A program made the position numbers and the translations under genes. Under the pieces are notes generated by a model. The model was given only the letters and a program-made list of their open reading frames with translations, was not told the origin of the DNA and did no database searches. Shown one piece after another: positions 10,034 through 19,924 of a stretch of DNA of 64,000 nt. The stretch comes from Promethearchaeota archaeon (GTDB lineage Archaea > Asgardarchaeota > Lokiarchaeia > Sigyniarchaeales > SOKP01), in the NCBI GenBank assembly GCA_019057865.1, contig JAHLWP010000004.1, positions 1-64,000 on the forward strand. The letters run 5' to 3'. Position 1 is the stretch's first letter. Every line of letters starts with the position of its first letter.

Positions 10034-11047
10034 ATGATCATTCGCTCTAAAGCACCATTTCGCGTTAGTTTTGGTGGTGGAGGTACTGATATGCCCCCAT
10101 ATTGTACAGAACATGGAGGATGCGTTATAAGTACTACTATTGACCGCCACGTGTATATTTCTGTAGAGCCTAGAGATGACGAGAAAGTTCGAGTTTTTTC
10201 AATTAATTATAATAAAGAAGTATTCTTTGATGTTGGTGATAAAGATTATACCGGGGATTTTGAGTTATTTAAAGGAGTTATTAATGTTTTAAACATTAAT
10301 GATGGATTTAATATTACAGTATATTCAGATTTACCAGCAGGATCTGGTATGGGAGGCTCATCTTCATTATGTGTAGCACTTATTGGTGCATTTAATGAAT
10401 TATATAATTTCAAATTAAATAAACACGAAATAGCGTCAAAAGCTTGTGATATAGAACGTGTGGAATTGAAACAAAAAGGAGGATACCAAGATCAATTTGC
10501 TGCAGCTTATGGTGGGTTCAATTTCATTGAATTTTCTAATGGTATAAAAGTATCACCAATAAAAACATCCGAAGAGATGATAAACGAGTTACAATATAGA
10601 TTGATCCTTTGTTATGTTGGAGGATCTCATTTCTCATCTAATATTCAAGATGAAGTTTTAAAAGGTTATGAAATTGAAAAAAAGTCTTTTATGGAAGCCA
10701 TGCAAGATCTAAAAGATGTTGCTTATTCAATGAGAAAGATTATTGAATCCAAAGATATAAGCCAATTAAATAAATTTGGTGAATTTTTACATAAAGGTTG
10801 GTTAGCAAAGAAAAGCTTAAGTTCAAAAATTTCAAATAAAAATATTGAAAATTTTTACTTGACTTCGAGAAAATATGGTGTTTTAGGAGGTAAATTGCTT
10901 GGTGCGGGAGGTGGAGGTCATTTATTGCTATTTTCTAATCCCGAAAAAAAATATAATGTAATTAAAGAATTAGAAAAAATTGGGGGAAAAATAGTTAATT
11001 TTCATTTTAATCCAAAAGGATTAGAGGTTTGGAAATTAAAAGAGTAA
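10034..11047 (+). CDS. hddA: D-glycero-alpha-D-manno-heptose-7-phosphate kinase (GHMP family)
   Basis: APFRVSFGGGGTD, LPAGSGMGGSS, GGYQDQFAAAYGGFN, GGKLLGAGGGG; adjacent to gmhA. Confidence 0.85.
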   Translation: MIIRSKAPFRVSFGGGGTDMPPYCTEHGGCVISTTIDRHVYISVEPRDDEKVRVFSINYNKEVFFDVGDKDYTGDFELFKGVINVLNINDGFNITVYSDLPAGSGMGGSSSLCVALIGAFNELYNFKLNKHEIASKACDIERVELKQKGGYQDQFAAAYGGFNFIEFSNGIKVSPIKTSEEMINELQYRLILCYVGGSHFSSNIQDEVLKGYEIEKKSFMEAMQDLKDVAYSMRKIIESKDISQLNKFGEFLHKGWLAKKSLSSKISNKNIENFYLTSRKYGVLGGKLLGAGGGGHLLLFSNPEKKYNVIKELEKIGGKIVNFHFNPKGLEVWKLKE

Positions 11048-11094
11048 TTAAAATTTATGTAATATAATAAAGGGATTAATAAAAATTGATTAAT

Positions 11095-11661
11095 ATGGAA
11101 AATGAGATTATTTCAATATTGAATGAAAATATTAAAGTTAAGGAAGGAATTAAAGAATTAACGCCTCTTATTAGAAAAATTTCTGAAGAAATTATAGAAG
11201 CGTATAGAAATAAGAAAAAAGTTGTCCTTTTTGGAAATGGTGGAAGTGCAGCAGATGCTCAACATATAGCAGCAGAATTTGTAGGAAAATTTTATAAAGA
11301 TCGTGCTTCACTTCCCTCTTTAGCATTTCATACTAATACATCTGTTATTACTGCAACAGCAAACGATTATGGTTATGATTTAATTTTTGAGAGACAAGTA
11401 TCTTCATTTGTGGAAGATGGTGATATTGCTATTGGATTAAGTACTTCAGGAAATTCTCCAAATGTAATAAAGGGTTTAATAAAAGCAAAAGAAAAAGGGG
11501 CGATTACTATTGGGTTTACTGGAAAAAAAGAAAATAAAATCGAACAAATTGTAGATTATTGTCTTAAAGTTCCTTCGACAGATACTCCTCGAATTCAAGA
11601 AGGACATATTACAGTTGGACATATAATTTGCTATTTAGTCGAAAAAGAACTATTTGGATAA
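11095..11661 (+). CDS. gmhA: Sedoheptulose-7-phosphate isomerase
   Basis: FGNGGSAADAQH, ANDYGY, STSGNSPNV, TPRIQEGH. Confidence 0.95.
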   Translation: MENEIISILNENIKVKEGIKELTPLIRKISEEIIEAYRNKKKVVLFGNGGSAADAQHIAAEFVGKFYKDRASLPSLAFHTNTSVITATANDYGYDLIFERQVSSFVEDGDIAIGLSTSGNSPNVIKGLIKAKEKGAITIGFTGKKENKIEQIVDYCLKVPSTDTPRIQEGHITVGHIICYLVEKELFG

Positions 11662-11663
11662 AA

Positions 11664-12299
11664 ATGAAAGAAGTTGCTGTTTCAATCTTTGCAAAAAATG
11701 ATTTTGATCCTTTAATTTTAAATGGATTGAAGGATATTGATTATATCCATGTGGATGTAATGGATGGTAAATTTGTCAACAATACTAATATCAATTTAGA
11801 TGCTTTTAAAGTATTAAGCGAAAATTACAAAACACCAATAATAGCTCACTTGATGGTTATCAATACAATTGATTTTATTGATAAGATCATCGATTATATT
11901 GATTACTTTCTTTTTCATTTTGAAAATGATGAAGATAAATTAGCAATCATCAAAGAAGTAAAAGCAAAGAATAAAAAAGTAGGAATCGCAATAAACCCTA
12001 ATACAAAAATATCAGAAATAGTACCATATCTTGATAAAATAGATATTGTTTTAGTAATGTCTGTATTTCCAGGATGGTCTGGTCAGAAATTTATAGAAAA
12101 GACTATTAAAAAAATAAATACTTTAGCGGAATATAAAAACAAATTTAACTTTAAAATTGATGTTGATGGTGGAATAAACCTTGAAAATGCAAAGAAGTTA
12201 AAGAATACAGATATTTTAAGTAGTGCTAGCACAATTTTAAAAGCAAAAGATCCAAATACTATAATTTATGCTTTAAAAAATTCAGATGAGTATGACTAA
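11664..12299 (+). CDS. rpe: Ribulose-phosphate 3-epimerase
   Basis: HVDVMDGKFVNN, AHLMV, MSVFPGWSGQKF, DVDGGIN; ATG at 11664 directly after the gmhA stop. Confidence 0.9.
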   Translation: MKEVAVSIFAKNDFDPLILNGLKDIDYIHVDVMDGKFVNNTNINLDAFKVLSENYKTPIIAHLMVINTIDFIDKIIDYIDYFLFHFENDEDKLAIIKEVKAKNKKVGIAINPNTKISEIVPYLDKIDIVLVMSVFPGWSGQKFIEKTIKKINTLAEYKNKFNFKIDVDGGINLENAKKLKNTDILSSASTILKAKDPNTIIYALKNSDEYD

Positions 12300-12834
12300 T
12301 AAAAAACGTGCGATTTTTTTAGATAGAGATGGTGTTATAAACAAGGAAGTAAATCATTTATCAAATCCAACTCAATTTGAATTTATTCCAGGTTCTATAG
12401 AAGCCCTTAAAATTTTAAAACAAAAGGGATTTCTTTTAATAGTTATAACAAATCAAGCAGGAATAGCTCGTGGTCTTTTTTCGGAAGAGATTCTTGGTCA
12501 AATACATAATAAAATGAAAGGAATTTTAAATCAAAATGGTATTATTTTAGATGACATTTTTTATTGCCCACATCATCCAGATTTCACAGGTGAATGTGAT
12601 TGTAGAAAACCTAAACCAGGTTTAATACTAAAAGCCCAAAGAGAATATAATATAGATTTGCAAACCTCATATATGGTCGGAGATACTCTTTCTGATATTG
12701 AAACAGGTCATGCCGCAAACTGCAAGACAGTTTTAGTTTTAACAGGTTATGGTTTGGAAGAACGTAATAAAATGATCTCCACTAAACCAGATTATGTTTT
12801 TGAAAATTTGTTAGAATTTGCTAAAAATTTTTAA
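12286..12834 (+). CDS. gmhB: D,D-heptose-1,7-bisphosphate phosphatase (HAD IIIA)
   Basis: FLDRDGVIN, ITNQAGIARG, YCPHHP...CDCRKPKPG, MVGD. Confidence 0.93.
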   Translation: MSMTNKKRAIFLDRDGVINKEVNHLSNPTQFEFIPGSIEALKILKQKGFLLIVITNQAGIARGLFSEEILGQIHNKMKGILNQNGIILDDIFYCPHHPDFTGECDCRKPKPGLILKAQREYNIDLQTSYMVGDTLSDIETGHAANCKTVLVLTGYGLEERNKMISTKPDYVFENLLEFAKNF

Positions 12835-12885
12835 TTAAATTCATTATTATAATCTATTAAAAAAATGTAAATTCTTGTAAAAATT

Positions 12886-13542
12886 ATGAAATTCTTTATA
12901 GATACAGCAAATTTAGAACAGATTAAAGAAATGCAAGATTTAGGCATAATTGATGGGGTAACAACAAACCCAACGTTACTTTCAAAAGAAGGCGCAGAAC
13001 CTATAGAACAATTGAAAAAAATTTGTGAAATTGTGGATGGACCGGTCAGTGCAGAAGTTATAGGTTTAAAAACAGAAGAAATGGTTAAGGAAGCACGTGA
13101 ATTAGCTAAAATTGCTCCAAATATCGTAATTAAAATTCCTATGACAAAAGAGGGAATAAAAGCGGTTAAAATTTTGGAATCTGAAGGAATCAAAACTAAT
13201 GTTACTCTAGTATTTTCTCAGAATCAAATTTTAATAGCTGCCAAGGTAGGAGCTTCCTATATTAGCCCTTTTATTGGAAGATTAATGGACAATGGACAGG
13301 ATGAGATCGATATGTTATGGGAATCAATGCAAATTATTAATGCTTATGATTTTAAATCTGAAATAATAGTAGCGTCTATAAGAAACGCAAGACATGTAAT
13401 TGAAGCAGCTAAAATGGGAGCTCATATAGCAACTATTCCATTTGCTGTCTTAGAAAAGATGTTTGTCCATCCAAATACTGAAAAAGGATTAAAAGCCTTC
13501 CTTGATGATTGGGAGAAATTAAAAAATCAATTAAAAAGTTAA
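12886..13542 (+). CDS. tal: Transaldolase (short TalC/FSA type)
   Basis: [38 protein letters not shown]. Confidence 0.93.
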   Translation: MKFFIDTANLEQIKEMQDLGIIDGVTTNPTLLSKEGAEPIEQLKKICEIVDGPVSAEVIGLKTEEMVKEARELAKIAPNIVIKIPMTKEGIKAVKILESEGIKTNVTLVFSQNQILIAAKVGASYISPFIGRLMDNGQDEIDMLWESMQIINAYDFKSEIIVASIRNARHVIEAAKMGAHIATIPFAVLEKMFVHPNTEKGLKAFLDDWEKLKNQLKS

Positions 13543-13551
13543 AAATGTACT

Positions 13552-14550
13552 ATGACTCTTGTTGATAACATTAAAGAATGGAAACAGAAGAAGATTTTAA
13601 TAATTGGAGAAGCTTTAGTAGATAAATATATTATAGGTTTTGCTGATCGAATTTCTCCTGATGCTCCAGTTCCAAATATAAAGATAGAAAATAGTTCATC
13701 TTATATAGGAGGAATAGGATTGGTTTTACAATATATCAAATCTTTAGGTGGTATTCCTGAAGTTTGCACAGTAATCGGCAACGATTTTGAAGGAGATTTC
13801 TTTTTAAAAACAATAAAAAAGTTAAACATCGAATCATCTGGCATCCTAATGGATGATAGTATAAATACCCCTCAAATAACTCGTTTAAAAGCAATGAACC
13901 AACATCTTTTACGTTTGGAGACAGATTATAATAAAGATATCTCTGAATCAATAATAGAAAAATTCTTTAAGATAATAGAAACAAGATCTAAGGACATAGA
14001 CTCAACCTTGATTTTAGATTATGGCACGGGAGGTTTATTTAGTGATCTTTTTATTCAAAATTTATTAGCTAAATTGAGAAAAAGTTATAAAAGTATTCCT
14101 ATTATCGTGCGTCCCAATACCTCAAATTATTATCTTTATGAAAATGTGGATTTAATAAAAATAAACTTACAAAAGGCACTACATACTTTTTCAATTGATT
14201 GTTGTAATGAAACAAGTATTTCCATAGTTGGAAAGAGAATTTTAAATTTATCTAAATGTAAATCTGTTTTATTAAATTATTTAGAAACTGAATCATACCT
14301 TTTTTCTCAAGATTATGAAAAAGTAGAGAAAATTTTTCCTATTTTAAAACAACCTGCTAGAAGTTTTGTAGCAGTCGGAAGTGTAATAATGGCTGCCTTA
14401 GGATTATCTTTTGCATCAGATATTTCTATAGTTGATGCTGCAAAAATAGCTCTTTATGCAGCTGCCCTTACTGCCTCTTTACCTCCAGTGGAATTTTATA
14501 ATGCAGATAAACTAAAAAACTACATTTTAACTTTTTTAGATCATAAATAA
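13552..14550 (+). CDS. HldE/RfaE kinase-domain homologue (PfkB family) with degenerate active site
   Basis: KILIIGEALVDKYI-G-ADRISPDAPVP, QHLLRLE and LDYG match the HldE kinase domain; GAGD is replaced by AVGS. Confidence 0.75.
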   Translation: MTLVDNIKEWKQKKILIIGEALVDKYIIGFADRISPDAPVPNIKIENSSSYIGGIGLVLQYIKSLGGIPEVCTVIGNDFEGDFFLKTIKKLNIESSGILMDDSINTPQITRLKAMNQHLLRLETDYNKDISESIIEKFFKIIETRSKDIDSTLILDYGTGGLFSDLFIQNLLAKLRKSYKSIPIIVRPNTSNYYLYENVDLIKINLQKALHTFSIDCCNETSISIVGKRILNLSKCKSVLLNYLETESYLFSQDYEKVEKIFPILKQPARSFVAVGSVIMAALGLSFASDISIVDAAKIALYAAALTASLPPVEFYNADKLKNYILTFLDHK

Positions 14551-14571
14551 ATTTATTATTTGGGTATAAGG

Positions 14572-15417
14572 ATGGAGTTATCTAAAGCAGATGAAAAAAA
14601 GCTTTTAATTGATATTCTAGCAATTAAGAAAGATATTTTAAAGATGATATATAAGGCTCAATCAGGTCATCCAGGTGGTTCACTTTCTTGTGCTAATATA
14701 ATTTATCTTCTTTATAATAACATTATGAAAATTAATCGAGAAAATCCTCAATGGAGCGAAAGAGATATCTTTATTCTAAGTAAAGGGCATGCAGCACCTG
14801 CTTTATACGCTGTGTTATCTAAAATTGGTTTTATAAAAAGAGATGAATTGTTTACTTTAAGAGATTTTGGTTCAAACTTACAGGGGCATCCTGTAAAGAA
14901 TCCAAAATTTGGAATCGAGGTATCAACAGGCTCATTAGGTATGGGATTATCCATTGGCGTTGGTTGTGCTTTAGCTGCGAAACTAGATAATAAACCAAAA
15001 AATATTTATGTATTATTAGGAGACGGTGAATTAGATGAAGGAGCTATTTGGGAAGCAGCATTAGCTGGGAGTCATTATAAATTAGATAATTTAATTGCTA
15101 TTGTCGATCGAAATGGAATACAAATAGATGGTTCTACCGAAGAAATAATGGGTTTAGAACCATTAGCTGATAAATGGAAAGCCTTTGGATGGGAAGTTAT
15201 TGAAATTAATGGTTCAAAACTAAATGAAATGATGAAAGGTTTTAAAAGAGCTAAACAATTCATAGGCAAGCCCAAAATAATTATCTCTTATTTAATAAAA
15301 GGGGCAGATATTTCATTCATGCAACATACTAAAAAATATCATGGACGTGCACCAAATAAAACAGAATATGAAAAAGCTCTAAAAGAACTTGAAGAAATTG
15401 AAAGAAATATAGTTTGA
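14572..15417 (+). CDS. tkt: Transketolase, N-terminal (TPP-binding) subunit
   Basis: SGHPGGSLS, LSKGHAAP, LQGHP, STGSLG, GDGELDEG. Confidence 0.93.
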   Translation: MELSKADEKKLLIDILAIKKDILKMIYKAQSGHPGGSLSCANIIYLLYNNIMKINRENPQWSERDIFILSKGHAAPALYAVLSKIGFIKRDELFTLRDFGSNLQGHPVKNPKFGIEVSTGSLGMGLSIGVGCALAAKLDNKPKNIYVLLGDGELDEGAIWEAALAGSHYKLDNLIAIVDRNGIQIDGSTEEIMGLEPLADKWKAFGWEVIEINGSKLNEMMKGFKRAKQFIGKPKIIISYLIKGADISFMQHTKKYHGRAPNKTEYEKALKELEEIERNIV

Positions 15418-15430
15418 GGTTTATTAATAG

Positions 15431-16363
15431 ATGCCAGAAACAGATCTTAGAGATACTTTTGGAAATTTTTTAGTTGATATGGGAAAAGTAAACGATAATA
15501 TTGTAGTTTTAGATGCTGATCTCTCTTCCTCTACTAGGACTTTTAAATTTGCTAAAGAATTTCCAGATAGATTTTTTAATATGGGCGTCGCTGAACAGAA
15601 CATGGTTGGTACAGCTTTAGGGCTGGCAATCTCCGGAAAAATTCCAGTAGTTAGTGGTTTCAGTATATTTACGACTGGGAGAGCATGGGAATTTATAAGA
15701 TTTGCTTGTCATGATAATTTAAATATTAAGATAATAACTACACATGGAGGAATTGTAGGTAAAGATGGAAGTACTCATAATGCACTAGAAGATTTAAGTT
15801 TAATGTCAACTCTTCCAAATTTGACAGTTTTGATACCTTCAGATAATATTGAACTCATTAAAATATTAGAATATACATTTAATAAAGATGGTCCTTTTTA
15901 TATCAGATTACCAAGAGGTGCTTTTCCTACAATTCATGATGAGAATTACCAATTTTCAATAGGAAAGCCTGATATCTTAAAAGAAGGTGATGATATTTGT
16001 TTAATAGGGACTGGTTATGGTAGTATATTAGCTTTAGAATCTGCTTTAGAAATTGAAAAATCACTAAAAATTTCTATAAAAGTAATTAATCTTCCAAGTA
16101 TTAAGCCAATTAAAAAAAATAAATTGATTAATGAAATAAAAAGCACAAAGGGGGTTGTTGTTATAGAAGAACACAATATATATTGTGGTGTAGGCAGTAT
16201 ATTAGCAAGAATTATATCTGAAAATAATCCTCTTCCTATGAAATTTATTGGCATAGATAATTCATTTGGGGAATCAGGGAAAAGAGAACTTTTATTAAAT
16301 GCTTATTCTTTAAATGTGAAAAATATTAAAGAAAAAATAATAGAATTAATAAAAATAAATTAA
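15431..16363 (+). CDS. tkt: Transketolase, C-terminal subunit
   Basis: DADLSSST, RFFNMGVAEQNM, GKDGSTH, YIRLPR, EEH. Confidence 0.93.
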   Translation: MPETDLRDTFGNFLVDMGKVNDNIVVLDADLSSSTRTFKFAKEFPDRFFNMGVAEQNMVGTALGLAISGKIPVVSGFSIFTTGRAWEFIRFACHDNLNIKIITTHGGIVGKDGSTHNALEDLSLMSTLPNLTVLIPSDNIELIKILEYTFNKDGPFYIRLPRGAFPTIHDENYQFSIGKPDILKEGDDICLIGTGYGSILALESALEIEKSLKISIKVINLPSIKPIKKNKLINEIKSTKGVVVIEEHNIYCGVGSILARIISENNPLPMKFIGIDNSFGESGKRELLLNAYSLNVKNIKEKIIELIKIN

Positions 16364-16377
16364 AAAGGGATTCAATT

Positions 16378-16911
16378 TTAATTTGGCAAATATCCCATTT
16401 TATCTAAAGCTTTTAAAATAATTTGCTTACTTTCTTCGACTGTTTGTTTATCAGTTTCAACCACTATATCAGCTGTATCAGGCTCTTCGAAAGGATGGTC
16501 AATACCAGTGAAAGCTTTTATTTCTCCTGCTCTAGCTTTCGAATACATTCCTTTTACATCCCTTTTTTCACATTCCTCAAGAGAGCATTTTACATAGACG
16601 AGAAAATACTCTCCAATTTCTTTTCGAGAATATGCTCTAATCTTATTGTATGGTGATACGAATGAGGCGAGTACAGCAACCCCATTACGGGTCAATAACT
16701 TAGCAACAAATGTTACTCTCTCTATATTCATATTCCTATCTTCTTCTGTAAATCCTAAATCTCTTGTTAAACTCTTTCTAACTATATCGCCATCAAGGCG
16801 TTCTACTTTCATTCCTTTTTTTCTTAATTCATCTGCTACAGCATTAGCAAGAACTGTTTTTCCGGAACATGGGAGTCCGGTAAACCATAATGTAAAACCT
16901 TTATGTTCCAT
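16378..16911 (-). CDS. cysC: Adenylyl-sulfate kinase
   Basis: WFTGLPCSGKT, LDGD, RDVKGMY, FTGIDHPFE. Confidence 0.95.
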   Translation of the reverse strand: MEHKGFTLWFTGLPCSGKTVLANAVADELRKKGMKVERLDGDIVRKSLTRDLGFTEEDRNMNIERVTFVAKLLTRNGVAVLASFVSPYNKIRAYSRKEIGEYFLVYVKCSLEECEKRDVKGMYSKARAGEIKAFTGIDHPFEEPDTADIVVETDKQTVEESKQIILKALDKMGYLPN

Positions 16912-16925
16912 TCTTCTCTCATTCT

Positions 16926-18314
16926 TTAAAAATTTATTATATTTCCTTCCATATCAAAGGGGACATCTATTCCCAAAATATTAAGAGATGTGGGTGCTAT
17001 ATCAAGAATATTTTTTACTCCTAAATCCTTACCTATTTTCTTCTTTGGATCATAAATGATATATACACCATACCAATCATGAACGGCATCATCAGGACCT
17101 GTATCATTTTCATCTAAATAGATTGAATCATACCCTACTGTTCCAGCAGACCTCCAATTCAAATCGTCGAAATAGATCATTAAATCAGGAGCATCTCCCC
17201 GTATAATTTCAAATAATTCTTCGGGTTTGTAAACCTTAGTATTCATAGGATTTCCATTGACATCTTTAATCTTTTTTAACATGTTTACGATCTTATCACG
17301 TATTTTTTCATAATCTGCTTTTTTGATAATACCATTTGGTTCTCTTCCTTCTAAATTTAAAAATACTCGGGCGTTATATCCACCCCAACCCCAAGCATAT
17401 GTGTTATTCCAATCTATATCTGCATCTCTGATTCTTGTTCTAGGTTTTGGTTTTGTATTAAATTTTAATAAGCCCAACTCTTCAAGCACCATGTTTATAC
17501 AAATTAAACCTTTCATTGCTTTTGCACCATGATCAGATACAATCATAACAACAGTATCGTTATCTAATAAATCTAAAATTTCTCCAACTTTTTTATCTAA
17601 ATAACTATAATACTTTCTCATTTCCCCTTCGAATTTATTGTTAGGCTTATATTTTTGATGTCCTTTATCATAATATTTCCAAAATGCATGATGAAATCTG
17701 TCTAAACCAATTATTACAAATTTAAAGTAGTCCCAATCTTTATTTTGCATTAAAAATTTTACAGTTTTAAAATGAATCTCTGTCATAGCATAAATTTCTT
17801 TTATCAAATCCTCTTTCTTATTTACTCTAAAATTAACATCAAAAATGTAATCTCCTACTTTATCTATAATCTCTTCTTTAAGCTCAGCTGGATAAGTGAA
17901 TTCTGTGGTACTATCAGGAGTAATAAAACCAGAAACAAGGTATCCATTAATTTTTTGAACAGGATATGTTGGTGGCAATCCTAAAACACAAGATTTTAAT
18001 CCTTTATCTCCAATTATATCCCAAACTTTTGGTTCTTTTATATTATAGGAAGTTGCTATCCAAAAATCATCATATAAATTTTCTTTTCTATGTCTAAAAC
18101 CATATAATCCTAAAGTACCTGCTTTTTTTCCAGTTGACATTACCATCCAGGCTGGTATTGTAATTGGAGGATCGCAAGACCTAAGTTTTCCGTAGACTCC
18201 TGAATCCATTAACTTTTTTATATTGGGGCAATCATCTTTAAAATCTTGAAAGAAAGTCCTCGGAGTAGCACAATCCAAACCGATAATGACTAACTTTTTC
18301 TTATTTCTGCCCAT
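16926..18314 (-). CDS. Alkaline phosphatase superfamily protein (nucleotide pyrophosphatase/phosphodiesterase type)
   Basis: IIGLDCA, PPITIPAW (Thr nucleophile), DRFHHAFW, VSDHG, HDWYG, LDIAPT. Confidence 0.85.
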   Translation of the reverse strand: MGRNKKKLVIIGLDCATPRTFFQDFKDDCPNIKKLMDSGVYGKLRSCDPPITIPAWMVMSTGKKAGTLGLYGFRHRKENLYDDFWIATSYNIKEPKVWDIIGDKGLKSCVLGLPPTYPVQKINGYLVSGFITPDSTTEFTYPAELKEEIIDKVGDYIFDVNFRVNKKEDLIKEIYAMTEIHFKTVKFLMQNKDWDYFKFVIIGLDRFHHAFWKYYDKGHQKYKPNNKFEGEMRKYYSYLDKKVGEILDLLDNDTVVMIVSDHGAKAMKGLICINMVLEELGLLKFNTKPKPRTRIRDADIDWNNTYAWGWGGYNARVFLNLEGREPNGIIKKADYEKIRDKIVNMLKKIKDVNGNPMNTKVYKPEELFEIIRGDAPDLMIYFDDLNWRSAGTVGYDSIYLDENDTGPDDAVHDWYGVYIIYDPKKKIGKDLGVKNILDIAPTSLNILGIDVPFDMEGNIINF

Positions 18315-18364
18315 AATTTGAATCTTTATCTATTTCTTAATGAAATTCAATTTTTATAAATTTT

Positions 18365-19513
18365 TTATACTAAAAAGGGATTTTTATATCTAAGAATTAC
18401 TTCAGCAACTTCTGGACGCATAACCTCAGCGCTAGGTGGCTTTCCAGCCTGCAATGCAGTTCTAATCTCTGTTCCTGCGAAATATCTTTGCATTTCAGGA
18501 GGATGTGGGCAAATCTTATCATTAATAACAGCATCACATTTAGCACATTTCGAAAAAGATCTAAATTTAATTGGTTCAATACCCAAATCTGGAAACTCAT
18601 CAAAGATGTTATGAGCATCATAAGGACCATAATAATTACCAACTCCAGCATGATCTCGACCAATAATAATATGGTCACATCCAAAATTTTTTCTTGCTAT
18701 GGCATGGAAAATGGCTTCTTTAGGTCCAGCATATCTCATTTCTGTTTCAAATGTGCTTAACACAACTCTGTCTTTAGGATAATATTCTTTTATAAGTGCT
18801 TTATATGCCTCAATTATTACTTCATCTAAGAAATCGCCTACTTTCTTCTTTCCAATTACAGGATTTATAAATAGACCATCTACATGAGTTAATCCTGCTT
18901 TTTGAACGTATTCATGACCTAAATGAGGAGGATTTCTAGTTTGAAATGCTACAACTCTATCCCAACCCTTTTCCTTAAATAAAACTCTTGTTTCAAGGGG
19001 TTTTAAATCTAAATATGAAAAAATTGGTTTAGGTTCGTTAATTAAGAAAATCTCTCCCCCAATGAGTTTTTCTTTATAATTGAAAACAGTATTTACTCCA
19101 GGATGATTCTGATCCAATGTACCATATGTTTTTTCAGCATATTGCTTCCTATCGTAATCAAAGATAGTCTCTACATTCATTAGCGCTATTGGAGTTCCAC
19201 TATCATTTGTAAGGATTAATTTATCATCAGCTTTTATATTTTTGATTTCCTTTTCTGAGACATCTAGTGTAATTGGAAATGGCCAGGCAATATTATTCTC
19301 CAAGTACATAGTATCTAATACATAATAATAATCATTTTCATTCATGAATCCCTCTAAGGGACTAAAAGCTCCAAAACAGATGTTCTTAATCACTTTAATT
19401 GTCTCTGATCTGACTATGATTTTCTCAAATTCGTTAATTTCTCCCTTTATCCTTTCTTTTTCGATTTTTGGCAAGACTTTATTTATTAAAGTTCCACCAT
19501 GTGGCTCTATCAT
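18365..19513 (-). CDS. sat: Sulfate adenylyltransferase
   Basis: PHGG, FSPLEGFM, FQTRNPPHLGH, MRYAGPKEA, GRDHAGVG. Confidence 0.96.
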   Translation of the reverse strand: MIEPHGGTLINKVLPKIEKERIKGEINEFEKIIVRSETIKVIKNICFGAFSPLEGFMNENDYYYVLDTMYLENNIAWPFPITLDVSEKEIKNIKADDKLILTNDSGTPIALMNVETIFDYDRKQYAEKTYGTLDQNHPGVNTVFNYKEKLIGGEIFLINEPKPIFSYLDLKPLETRVLFKEKGWDRVVAFQTRNPPHLGHEYVQKAGLTHVDGLFINPVIGKKKVGDFLDEVIIEAYKALIKEYYPKDRVVLSTFETEMRYAGPKEAIFHAIARKNFGCDHIIIGRDHAGVGNYYGPYDAHNIFDEFPDLGIEPIKFRSFSKCAKCDAVINDKICPHPPEMQRYFAGTEIRTALQAGKPPSAEVMRPEVAEVILRYKNPFLV

Positions 19514-19563
19514 TTAATATCAAAACCTCTTTTAAATTTTGATAATTTTAAAATCTTTTATGA

Positions 19564-19803
19564 TTAATCTATGTATCCCAAATCTCTTAATCGCTGTTTC
19601 ACTTTTTCTTCCTCTTCCTTTGTGAATGCCTGTTTTGATCGTTCTTCTTCCTTTATAGATGATATAACCTGTCTCAATACATAAGTAACATAACTAGAGA
19701 CTGATGAAAAACCGGTTCCCTTCATTCGGTCCTTAATTTTCTCCACAAGAGGTTTAGGTATGGAAACAGTTGTATATTCTACCTTATGTTTTTCTTCAGA
19801 CAT
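19564..19803 (-). CDS. Ribbon-helix-helix (CopG-like) regulator
   Basis: YTTVSIPKPL...GFSSVSSYVTYVLR; C-terminal EEEEKVKQRLRDLGYID. Confidence 0.8.
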   Translation of the reverse strand: MSEEKHKVEYTTVSIPKPLVEKIKDRMKGTGFSSVSSYVTYVLRQVISSIKEEERSKQAFTKEEEEKVKQRLRDLGYID

Positions 19804-19826
19804 TTTATTTTCCACTCATAATAAAA

Positions 19827-19850
19827 TAATGATATTTAATGATATTTAAT
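19827..19850. repeat. 10-bp tandem repeat upstream of the RHH gene, possible operator
   Basis: TAAT-GATATTTAAT-GATATTTAAT. Confidence 0.35.
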
Positions 19851-19924
19851 TAATAATTATTAATAAATATTTAAGAATTATTATTAAAAAAAGTATTATA
19901 ATTTGATTTTTTGTAAAATATTTT

